Source of the DNA: a virus
Lineage: Duplodnaviria > Caudoviricetes
Strand: one strand, 5' to 3'
Length of the DNA: 64,000 nucleotides
IMG/VR virus record: IMGVR_UViG_3300028833_000053
Part shown: positions 44,473 to 53,509 of the stretch, in pieces
Position numbering within the stretch: position 1 is the stretch's first letter
How the letters are laid out: every line of letters starts with the position of its first letter
The notes under the pieces: model-generated
The model's input: only the letters and a program-made list of their open reading frames with translations
The model's database searches: none
Told to the model about the DNA's origin: nothing
Position numbers and translations under genes: made by a program

Positions 44473-45759
44473 TCATTTGTTCTTCTTTGCCTTGTCAACC
44501 AAGAAGAATATCTTGAACGTTATTTCACTTTTCCCTGAAATTGTATGGAATCCAACCGAAATGTTCTTGTCCGCCAAAAGTTTCAAGGTTTTGCATCCAA
44601 TGTCATACCAATTCCCCGAATAGGAAGATGGGCCCGGAATTTTGAGAAGTGGCGTTGTGAACAAGTCTCTGCTGTTTTTAGAAGTGTTCAATCCTATGAT
44701 AAGGTTGTATTGCTGTGGATAGTTGCAAAACGCCCAAGAGAACAAAACCCGGAACTTAAGAACGCGCTTCCACATACTGTCTTTTCCAGTGTCATCCATT
44801 CCAGAAATGTTCTTCAATATTTCATCCACATCGTCAATGCTCTTTGGCATTTTCGTTGGAATCCATTTCTTGAGGTCTTTTGGCGGAATTGGAATGTCAG
44901 TGAAGTTCGCTACGTCTTTTGTGTTCAGTCCGTTGAACATACCTTGGGGAAATTTGCCTGTTGGAAGACGGGCTGTTATTGAACCACTGTCACCCTTTAT
45001 TTCATATTTTCCACCCGACATGTCTATGTCACCTTCATCGGACGCAAGTTTGCAATCCTTGAAGAACAATGCCACCGCGATTTCACCTTTTCCTATGTCT
45101 GTTCCGTTTTTCTTGAAGTTGGACATTCCAGTTATTGCATCAAAGCAACGTATGATGGCTTCTGCAGTTGGTTTCTTCAACTTGTTGTAAAATGCCTGTC
45201 CCAATGTGCCTTCTGCTTCTTGCAGGATTTCATTGAGGGTAAGTTGGCTTTTTGGATTGCATATGTAATTGAAAAACGCCATGTAATCGTTGTTGTTTTC
45301 CGGGTTCTCGCTTATTTTGTCAAAAATTGCCTACACTTCAAGTTTTGGCTTAAGCCCTTCCGTTTTTTGATCAACTATCTAAATGAATTGGTTGAATTTT
45401 TTGTATCCGTTTTCTGCCTCACCGCCTATTTGCTGAAATACATTTTCCATACGTACAAGTTTTTCGTCAAGAAACTCCTCTTTTATTCCGAGCATTCTTC
45501 CAGTGCTTTTGGCATTTTTCTTGAATTGCTCCCAAGATTGAGACAATATATTGGAATTTCCAGTTGGGGCAGTTCCTTCACATATCAATCCCTGACCACG
45601 AAGGGCGTTGTCCCAGAACACACCTTCTTTTTCCAGATTTCTTGGTTTATCGTCCTTGTTTGGTTCAGGATGCGAACTTTCCGAATTCAAGTTCTTGAAA
45701 GTGTATTCCTTCTTTACAGGTGCATTGATGTCAACCCAGTGGTATTTGTCGAATCTCAT
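44473..45759 (-). CDS. Putative PD-(D/E)xK nuclease-like late protein (428 aa, code 15)
   Basis: TAGs at 45379 and 45331 join two track ORFs; GKGEIA...GDIDM...YEIKG; tandem TATTTAC at 45790-45803. Confidence 0.6.
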
Positions 45760-45839
45760 TGTATATTTCCTCTATACGTGTTCTTGAAGTATTTACTATT
45801 TACCAACTTGTCATAAAGGGGTATAATTCAGATAAGAAC

Positions 45840-46853
45840 ATGAAAGACTATTATAAGATATTGGGCGTTGAGAAGACTGCCACGGAAGATGAAATCAAGT
45901 CAGCTTACCGCAAGTTGGCTATGAAGTGGCATCCGGACCGCAATCCCGACAACGTTGAGGAGGCGAAGAACAAGTTTGCCGAAATCAACGAGGCTTATGA
46001 AACCCTTTCCAACCCCGAAAAGCGTCAACAATACGACAATCCCAGTCCGTTTGGGGGTGGTTTTGGCGATATGGGCGATGGCGAGATGCATCAATGGACT
46101 GACGAGAACGGAAACATGCACTTTGAGTTCCGTGGTTCTCCTGGGGGAATGGGTGGCTTTGGAAGTCCCTTCATGGGCGGTTTCGGTCCGATGGGGGGAA
46201 TGGGTGGCTTTGGTCCGTTTGGAAGAAGGATGCATAGAATGGACCCGAACGCCCCAAGACCTGGCGAGTCCATGATATTCAATTTGTCAGTTGGTTTCAT
46301 GGAAGCCATAAATGGCTGCTCAAAGAAAGTGAAGTTGAACATAGAGGACAACTGCACTTGCTTGAATGGCTGCGACAAATGCAATCACACGAAGAGAATC
46401 CAAAAGACCGTCACGTTGGAAGTGAAGATTCCAAGGGGTTGCCCAGATGGTCAGCGTTTGCGCATACCCGGCCAGGGCAATCGTGGATACAATGGCGGTC
46501 CCAACGGGGACATCTACTTTCAGATAGACATTGGCGAAGATCCAAATGGAGTTTTCATCCGCGATGGCTTTGACGTTATTCAGAAGGTTGACCTTCCCTT
46601 TGAGTTGTTTGTGCTGGGTGGTGACATAACGTACCATACTTTGACCGGGATAGAGACCTATCACGTTTCCCCAATGACAAACCCCGGCAAGGTTTTGGTT
46701 TTACGGGGCAAGGGTTCTCCGATAATGAATTCAATAAACTCCTATGGGGACTTGAAGGTATTGCTGAACCTTGTCATGCCAACTTCATTGACCGACAAGG
46801 AACGTGAGAAGTTGGAAGCGTACCGCGACGAACGCAAGAGAAATGGTAAATAA
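45840..46853 (+). CDS. dnaJ: DnaJ-family chaperone
   Basis: MKDYYKILGV...WHPDRN J-domain, G/F-rich region, reduced Zn finger, C-terminal GQGNRG...GDIY domain. Confidence 0.92.
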   Translation: MKDYYKILGVEKTATEDEIKSAYRKLAMKWHPDRNPDNVEEAKNKFAEINEAYETLSNPEKRQQYDNPSPFGGGFGDMGDGEMHQWTDENGNMHFEFRGSPGGMGGFGSPFMGGFGPMGGMGGFGPFGRRMHRMDPNAPRPGESMIFNLSVGFMEAINGCSKKVKLNIEDNCTCLNGCDKCNHTKRIQKTVTLEVKIPRGCPDGQRLRIPGQGNRGYNGGPNGDIYFQIDIGEDPNGVFIRDGFDVIQKVDLPFELFVLGGDITYHTLTGIETYHVSPMTNPGKVLVLRGKGSPIMNSINSYGDLKVLLNLVMPTSLTDKEREKLEAYRDERKRNGK

Positions 46854-46874
46854 TTCTATACGAGGTAATTTACT

Positions 46875-47579
46875 ATGATGAAGTGGAAGAAACTGATAAA
46901 CGAGTCTGTTGACGAAAAGGCGTTCAAGAAACTGCTCAGGTAGAATGGCATCACAAAACTTCCATCTGGGATGAGTTCCCGTAGGGATGGCATGATGGAA
47001 TGGCGCAAGGAACGTGGCTATGCTGGGGAAAAGATCATTGACGCGATGCGCAAGCAGGCCGAAGATGCAGGATGGAAACGCCAGAAGGAAATGGATGATG
47101 CCCATCCAGATGGTTCGTGGGTGGCAAGGGGTGATGGATATATTTCACCTGATGGTCAGATTGAGATGACCTATTATTCGCATTATGGCGCAACTTCCTA
47201 TGAGAACAGTTTCTCCATCACGTTCAAGTTGGTTGGTAGCGTGAACGAATCCAGTAGGTTTGGATTTGACGTTGGCGATCAAGTTGAATTGACGAAGGAC
47301 AAGGTGAATTCATTGAGTGGGGACACCGTGAAGGCCGGCACGCAGGGCGAGATTGTGGCAATCAACAAGCCCATGCCCGGTGTCATCAAGGTGAAGATTG
47401 ATGGTGGCAAGGTGATTTCTGTTCCCGAACGTCAGTTGAAGAAGGCTGGCGAGGATGAAGAGCCTTGGAAGAAATTGAAGAAGCCTGAAGAGCCAAAACG
47501 CCATATTAGACCCGAACGCCCAGAGGACTACTACATGCGTCCAACGTCCTATGGTTCTCCAAGGTTTACGGGCGATTAA
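46875..47579 (+). CDS. Hypothetical modular late protein, code 15
   Basis: GTAAATA 46846; MMKWKKLINES; TAG at 46941; C-terminal SH3-like FDVGDQVEL...GTQGEIV. Confidence 0.7.
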
Positions 47580-47588
47580 GGAGCGTGA

Positions 47589-48290
47589 ATGTTGAACATA
47601 GACAATTTGATTGAAGCCGGCGTCCAAACAACGTAGGACATGGAAAAAGCGAAGAAGGGGAAGAACAGAAACGCAAAGGAAATCCCCTTTGAGATTGACG
47701 GTCACACCTACCTTTTGGACTCACAGGAGGAATGGTGCATGTTCAACTGGATTAAGGAAATGAAGGAACGTGGACTGATCTTGGATTATGTCTACCAGCC
47801 GGAGCACTGGGAATTGACCCCAAGGTTCGAGTACACGCCATATCCAACGGTTGTGGATAAGAAGAAACGCCCCGTTGACGAGAAGTACGCGAATGTCCCA
47901 AAGCCATTCAAGACGAAGTTCTTGATGCATCCCCATATCTACACAGCTGACTTCACGTTGAAGTTTGACGCGAACAACCTGAAGTTGATGGAGTATTTGT
48001 CCCAAGCGTTCAAGTTGAGGTTGGACGATGTTTACGATGGGGTTCTGACTTTGGTGGTGGATGTGAAGGGAACGTTCATGAGCAATGACGGTGGACGTTC
48101 CTTCTCCATAAACCAGAAGTTGATGATGGCGGTTCACAACGTGTATGTCAACAAGTTTGTTCCGAAGGAGGCTTTCAAGAAGTTGGGCGTTCCAAAACGC
48201 TGCACAACCACCATGAAGTCCGGCAAGGCAAGCAAGGTGTTCAAGGGGATGAACTTCCTGGAGACCGTGTTGAAAGGATATGGACTATGA
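47589..48290 (+). CDS. PD-(D/E)xK endonuclease (DUF1064 / T7 endo I-like)
   Basis: DSQEE...YQPEHWEL...YTADF...VDVKG; start 47589 (AAGGAG RBS) requires one TAG read as Gln, otherwise the start is 47640. Confidence 0.65.
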
Positions 48291-49195
48291 TTCAATTGGG
48301 TAGTCATGCTATCCATTTGGGGGATTGCATTGAAGTTCTCCCAAAATATGATGTTCCCGTTGCTGACCTTGTTATAGCGGACCCGCCGTATTTCAAGGTG
48401 GTAGGGGAGAAATGGGATTATCAATGGCGCACGGAGGAAGATTACCTTGAATGGTCTAGGAAATGGTTGACAGAGATTTTCAACAAATTGCGCATTGGGG
48501 GTTCTTTCTATTTGTTCGGGTATTTCCGCATGTTGGCGTTGCTTCTTTCCATGTTGAAGGAAATTGGATTCACTTTGCGCCAGCAAATAGTCATTGACAA
48601 GGGAATGAAGGCCGTTGCTGGAAGGGCAACAAAAAACTATCGCATGTTTCCTTGCGTCACGGAGTCCGTGTTGTTCTTGACGAAAGACAACATAGCGTTT
48701 TCACGTCAGTTGTTGAAGGGCAGGCAAAAGGAACTTGGATTGTCCGCCAAGGAGATAAACGAGCGTTTGGGTGTGAAGTCCAATGGTGGTGGAATGTGGT
48801 CTATCTACACTGGCAAGAACGTTTGCGAACAATTCCCAACGAGGGAACTCTGGGAGAAGTTGCAGGAAATACTTGAATTCGATTATCCATACGAGGACAT
48901 ATCGCAAACTTTTCATCCACAAATGGGATTGACAGACGTTTGGACGGACATTGACTTCTATTCGGAGAAAAGGTGGCATCCAACTCAAAAACCCTTGAAG
49001 TTGGTTGAACGTATAATGTCGGCTTCATCAAATCCAGGTGACGTTGTGATTGATCCCTTTGGTGGTTCGGGCTCAACTTTGATTGCTGCGGAATGTCTCG
49101 GAAGGAAATCCGTTATCGTGGAAATGGACGAGAAATATGTCAATGCCATGACCGATAGGTTTACAAAAGGGAAAGAAACTGGTATAATAAGTTGA
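48287..49195 (+). CDS. Beta-class DNA methyltransferase with inserted HTH-like segment
   Basis: ADPPY...HPTQKP...DPFGGSGST; insert RQKELGLSAKEINERLG. Confidence 0.88.
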   Translation: MIQLGSHAIHLGDCIEVLPKYDVPVADLVIADPPYFKVVGEKWDYQWRTEEDYLEWSRKWLTEIFNKLRIGGSFYLFGYFRMLALLLSMLKEIGFTLRQQIVIDKGMKAVAGRATKNYRMFPCVTESVLFLTKDNIAFSRQLLKGRQKELGLSAKEINERLGVKSNGGGMWSIYTGKNVCEQFPTRELWEKLQEILEFDYPYEDISQTFHPQMGLTDVWTDIDFYSEKRWHPTQKPLKLVERIMSASSNPGDVVIDPFGGSGSTLIAAECLGRKSVIVEMDEKYVNAMTDRFTKGKETGIIS

Positions 49196-49209
49196 AAGGA
49201 CACATCAAA

Positions 49210-49425
49210 ATGGCAAAGGAAAAATTACTGAAGGAAAAGGCCGTGAAAGCTTTCAAACGCGATGAAGGAACGCTTGAAAAGACCATTCTTATAAAGAGTG
49301 GTGAAGTGTTGAACATCCTTGACGAGGATTCCCAAACAAAGAAGATTATCGTTTCATTTGAGGATGGCGTAATCAAGGTTGTGCGCCAGCACAAGGAATT
49401 GCAGTATGCGTGGGTCAATGACTAA
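49210..49425 (+). CDS. Hypothetical protein, paralogous to the C-terminus of the next ORF
   Basis: GEVLNIL...IVSFED...VRQHKE...WVND. Confidence 0.6.
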   Translation: MAKEKLLKEKAVKAFKRDEGTLEKTILIKSGEVLNILDEDSQTKKIIVSFEDGVIKVVRQHKELQYAWVND

Positions 49426-49445
49426 ATTTCAAAGTGGAATTCATT

Positions 49446-49757
49446 ATGGCAACTGACAAATCGTATTCTGAATTGAAGGATGATGCAAAGAAGATTCTCA
49501 CCAAATGGGCGCCGATTTTTGACAAGTGCGGGCACCTTGAGGAACTTGACGAGAAACTGTTTCTTGCAAATACCTTGGAGAATCTGAGGGTAAAGGCTAT
49601 GGGCGCAAATGGGGGTTCAACGGAATCCTATACCCTTCAGCCCAATGAGGTGTTGAACATCGTCAATACCACGGGAACTAACCGGCTTGTGCTTTCCTAT
49701 GACGAAAAGGGGTACTTCAATATCGTACATCAGCATAAGGATTGGATAAACGATTAA
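49446..49757 (+). CDS. Small protein with a gp23-like N-terminal segment
   Basis: KKILTKWAPIFDK...EKLFLANTLENLR vs capsid KKLLKRWAPILEK...KKLVVAQCLENTR. Confidence 0.65.
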   Translation: MATDKSYSELKDDAKKILTKWAPIFDKCGHLEELDEKLFLANTLENLRVKAMGANGGSTESYTLQPNEVLNIVNTTGTNRLVLSYDEKGYFNIVHQHKDWIND

Positions 49758-49807
49758 ATCAATCGTTTTTGGCACTTTTGGTTGATAAAATATTCGGGCC
49801 AGGGGTA

Positions 49808-49836
49808 TTGACTTCCGGGCCCGTTTTTGGTATACT
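49808..49836 (+). promoter_or_regulatory. Sigma70-type early promoter
   Basis: TTGACT-N17-TATACT, followed by GTAGGTGTTC, similar to the sequence after the 11605 promoter. Confidence 0.8.
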
Positions 49837-49869
49837 GTAGGTGTTCTGAGGAAAACAAGGAGTAAAGCC

Positions 49870-50022
49870 ATGATGAACTACAACTACATTGAAGCCAGCG
49901 ATGCCTATGACGCGGAGCGCGAGTACGCCGATTGGCTGCGCTACGTTGAGGATGAGGCTTACAACAAGGTCATCATCCCCGCTTACATGGCGGACCTTGA
50001 CGCCGAGGCCGAGACACTTTAA
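49870..50022 (+). CDS. Small acidic early protein (50 aa)
   Basis: AAGGAG RBS; MMNYNYIEASDAYDAEREYADWLRYVEDEAYNKVIIPAYMADLDAEAETL; not in the ORF track. Confidence 0.65.
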   Translation: MMNYNYIEASDAYDAEREYADWLRYVEDEAYNKVIIPAYMADLDAEAETL

Positions 50023-50033
50023 GGAGGTTCAAG

Positions 50034-50614
50034 ATGAACGAGAAGGTTGCAAAGTACGAAGAGGCTCTCCGTGCAGCGGAGAGAAACATTGAGCAGGCTT
50101 GCCAAGCCATCTGCTCTCTGCGCGGTCCATTCCCCCACAGGGAATTGAACGACACCCTTGTAGTAATTTCGGAGTTGATTCGTGGTGCGTGGCGTTTCTA
50201 TGACAATCCCGAAGTTGAGGAGGCTTGAATATGAAGATGGATATTGGAGAACTTCTGCTGAAGTTGGCAGACCCTTCCATTCCCCTTCGAGAGAAGAAGG
50301 ATGCCTTTCATGATTGGCGTTGCCTGGGGTACAATCCCGACGCCGTTCATGAGTTTTTCTCCGATTCCCTTTTCAGCCCTGAGAACACCAACTACCTTGA
50401 CGTGATGTTGAAAACGGACTATCGCAATTTCTATGAAATGGTGATGTCCCTTGACCTTGCGAACATCGACCCACGCGCATACTACATCTACTGGGTTTTG
50501 ACCTATGGCAACGATTCAATCAGTGAGAACTTCCTTAAGGAAGCCCTGGAGTATGACCCCGACACGATTTGTGCCATATTCCCCGACATCAAGGAAATCC
50601 TATTTACGGAGTGA
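50034..50614 (+). CDS. Two hypothetical early ORFs (50034..50228, 50225..50614)
   Basis: AGGAGG RBS; overlapping stop/start. Confidence 0.6.
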
Positions 50615-50619
50615 AAGCA

Positions 50620-51108
50620 ATGAATGGTTTTATAACAGTGGCAATCGCACATGACGCAACTTGCGAACCTGGCGAGGAATGGCTATTTCATGGAATGGCA
50701 AAGCCCTTTGATGTTCATGGCAGTCTGGAATCCCCCATTGACCCGAAGGACAAGGAGATTTTGGACAGGGACATGGAGGAATTGCGCTTGAGGGAAGCAA
50801 AGGAACAAGCCGATGCTGATTTCAACGCCTTTGGCTGCATAATGGCATTCGTGTTCGGGGCGTTCTTGGTTGGGGTTGCAATCTGGGCATTGACGTAAGG
50901 AGAATGACAAATGAATGATTTTATAACTATTGCAATTGCGCATGATGCCACCTGCGAACCTGGCGAGGAATGGATTTTTCCCGGAATGTCGGGCTCAAAA
51001 GATGGTGGCTCCGGCTGGGAGCCTTCCAATGTTGGGTGTGGATGCTTGATGGCGTTCGTGGCAATTGTCATTTGCTTTGTAATTTGGGCTATATGGAGAC
51101 TGATATGA
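50620..51108 (+). CDS. Tandem paralogous small membrane proteins (50620..50898, 50911..51108)
   Basis: Shared MNxFITxAIAHDATCEPGEEWxFxGM N-terminus and a C-terminal GCxMAFV TM helix. Confidence 0.7.
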
Positions 51109-51642
51109 TAAAGCGGTTCAACAACTACATTCTGAACAGCATGAAGGTTGCCATTGTTGGCTTTATATGGTATGGACTTTTCAAGTTTCCATGGAAATCA
51201 TTGGTGAACGCCCCGGTTGGTGGAAAGATTTTCGTTGGGGTTATGATGTGGGCAATCTGGAGTTTCATGGTGATGATTGTGTCAGGGGAGCTGGACAAGA
51301 ACAAGTAAATACAATTAAACGAGGAAATTGAAAATGGACAGAGAATACACTATGCCCCGTGCAATTCAAAAGAAACTCCACGACATCTACGATGCCGAGA
51401 AGCATGGGGATTTGGCGGAGATTGCCTTGCTTGACGCAGCTTCGGAACTTGGGTATGAGGTGGAGGACGAGAACGATACTCCTTCCAAGGAGGAGAAGGG
51501 AACGGTCCTTCACAACGTGAAGTTGGTGAAGCGCGAACCTGGGAAGTATGGCGATGTCTGCCATGTTGGTTGGGCGCATTTCAACCACCCGGGACCCGAT
51601 TATGAGGACCGCCGGGGCGAGTGGTACATGTATTTCCTGTAA
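51105..51642 (+). CDS. Small membrane protein (51105..51308) and hypothetical protein (about 51334..51642)
   Basis: Hydrophobic ORF; second ORF follows GTAAATA 51305. Confidence 0.55.
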
Positions 51643-51649
51643 ATTGGAT

Positions 51650-52111
51650 TTACAATTTGTGGATGAACGCCCTTGTTTGGCTCTTGCCGAACAGGCGTTC
51701 AATTTTTTCTGACATTACGTTCCAATCCCCTCCAGCAAGTCCACATCCAATCATGTATGGGAAGTGGATGTCAAGGGAGAAGTAAGTACCCAAGTCCTGC
51801 ACCTTGTTCAACATGATGTCCCAAGCCTCGTAGTCTGTTTGTTTTCCTATATGTGATGGAAATACTTGTCCAAAGCAGTTCGCCACAATAAGGTCGGGTT
51901 CAACCATAACGTCAAGCACATGTCCAAGCATCTTGTCTGGATGCGTCATGAACTGCTTGCAATCATCTTGATATTTCTTGTAGACCACCGGCCACTTGTT
52001 GCGTATTTGAAGTGCCAACCCTGCACCCATTGCGCCAATGCAGTTCACTTGATGGCATATTATCCCAGACTTCACGTCAAGAAGGTTGGAATGTTCTACA
52101 ATCTCTACCAT
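51650..52111 (-). CDS. Macro domain (ADP-ribose processing, TARG1/DarG-like) protein
   Basis: NLLD...ICHQVNCIGAMGAGLALQIRNKWP...ANCFGQ...FPYMIGCGLAGGDW. Confidence 0.9.
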   Translation of the reverse strand: MVEIVEHSNLLDVKSGIICHQVNCIGAMGAGLALQIRNKWPVVYKKYQDDCKQFMTHPDKMLGHVLDVMVEPDLIVANCFGQVFPSHIGKQTDYEAWDIMLNKVQDLGTYFSLDIHFPYMIGCGLAGGDWNVMSEKIERLFGKSQTRAFIHKL

Positions 52112-52114
52112 AAC

Positions 52115-52513
52115 TCAACGGCTGATTTCGTTCATTAGGATTGGGGCAAGTTCACCCATATAAGGAAGTGATCGTGCAGTGTTATATGAAGTCCAGTCTT
52201 CAGCTTCTTCATGTGTCATACCTTCCCTCATCAAGCATTCCTGGAATCTCTCAACGGAATAGATTATGTGGTTTCCGTCATAGGTGACGCCGATGATGGC
52301 ATCGGCGTACTGTTCCGGCGTGTCGCCAATGAATATCAAGTCCTCGTTGATGCTCTTCAATTCCTCCACGCATCTGGTTTTTTCCATTTGCTCCTGCTGT
52401 TGCAGAAGGGTTTTCGTTTCTTCCACAACGTCAATTCCCATTTCCTTCAATCCTTCTGGGTTTTCAACAACGGCGTGAATCTTTCCGTTGTCTGAGGTAA
52501 ATTCCATTTTCAT
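52115..52513 (-). CDS. Conserved phage hypothetical protein
   Basis: YADAIIGV...IYS...GMTHEEAEDWTSYN...YMGELAPI. Confidence 0.6.
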   Translation of the reverse strand: MKMEFTSDNGKIHAVVENPEGLKEMGIDVVEETKTLLQQQEQMEKTRCVEELKSINEDLIFIGDTPEQYADAIIGVTYDGNHIIYSVERFQECLMREGMTHEEAEDWTSYNTARSLPYMGELAPILMNEISR

Positions 52514-52824
52514 CAGATTTGTTCTCCTTTCAAGTCCACCTTTGACACGATATGGTCCGTGTCGAAAATCTTGTACTTCTTCCCTTCAAGGGTGATGTCA
52601 ATTCCAACAGCTTCCGTTATGACAACATCCCCAACCTTCAGGGTTATCTTGGGATAGGCGAATTCCTCTCCTCCGCCATATACCCATTTCACCCTGTAGA
52701 ATTTCAGGTTCTCCTTGCAAAGCCTGTCGTCAAGTTTGGTTGAAGTGATGAAGAAACTGCCCTAGTCGGTGTTTCCGCATTCTTCGCAAATGACGCGCTT
52801 CTCTCTGGTTATCGTCAAGTCCAT
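52513..52824 (-). CDS. GroES-like co-chaperonin (103 aa), visible only in code 15
   Basis: ATG 52824, TAG 52762, TGA 52513; LKVGDVVITEAVGIDITLEGKKYKIFDTDHIVSKV matches the GroES C-terminal half. Confidence 0.65.
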
Positions 52825-52826
52825 TT

Positions 52827-53447
52827 TTAACCCTCGTTGATTTTGCAGATGATGCAGTCGGTCTTGTAGATGTAGATTGGCTTTGTCGGGTCAAGGTCCG
52901 CGTCACCGCGAAAACCATGAAGAACGTCACATTCCTCCTTTGTCATGAGAACCTTGTCCCCAACCTTGAATGGAATGGCATTTGCGGTCATCGTGTATGG
53001 AGGCGTTATTGACTTTATCACCCCAATCTTCATTTCGTCAGACGTTGGCACTACAAACCCGGAGGTTTCCTTTTCCTCGTCAACCGCCTGAACGATGCAA
53101 CGTCCACCCAATGCGCGGTACTTCGTCTTTTCCAGATTGGATTCCATTATAAGGGCGTTGTATCTCATCAAGGCTATGGGTTCTGTGTGGTAGAAAGCAG
53201 CCAGCTTGTCGGCGAAAACGTATGAGCCAACGTCAAGTCCAGTCATTTCCTTTGCTTCAGAACCAATTTTCAGTATCTGGTAGAAGCCCACGCGCAGGTT
53301 GCGCAATGAATCGTCTCCGATGGTGAAACCCGTGTTTTTGGACGACAACGTGTCGTTGTCAACTATCTTAAGAACCACAACGTCGTTTGCGGGTTCGCAG
53401 TCTTTGTCAAAATATGCCATGTGATTATTCTTATCCTTCCAGTTCAA
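52827..53447 (-). CDS. Tandem two-domain GroES-like (Cpn20-like) protein
   Basis: EPANDVVVL...GFTIG...ILKIG...LDVGSYV and RALGGRCIVQ...SGFVVP...GVI...FKVGDKVL...IICKI. Confidence 0.65.
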   Translation of the reverse strand: MNWKDKNNHMAYFDKDCEPANDVVVLKIVDNDTLSSKNTGFTIGDDSLRNLRVGFYQILKIGSEAKEMTGLDVGSYVFADKLAAFYHTEPIALMRYNALIMESNLEKTKYRALGGRCIVQAVDEEKETSGFVVPTSDEMKIGVIKSITPPYTMTANAIPFKVGDKVLMTKEECDVLHGFRGDADLDPTKPIYIYKTDCIICKINEG

Positions 53448-53509
53448 TTATACCAAAAGACGCACCCCGGTGGATGCGTCTCTATTATGAATTGAATTTG
53501 ATACTGGCA

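Noticed and set aside
47589-49195. Restriction-modification pair (nuclease + adjacent MTase)
   Set aside because: The nuclease looks like a DUF1064/resolvase-type phage enzyme; adjacency alone is insufficient.
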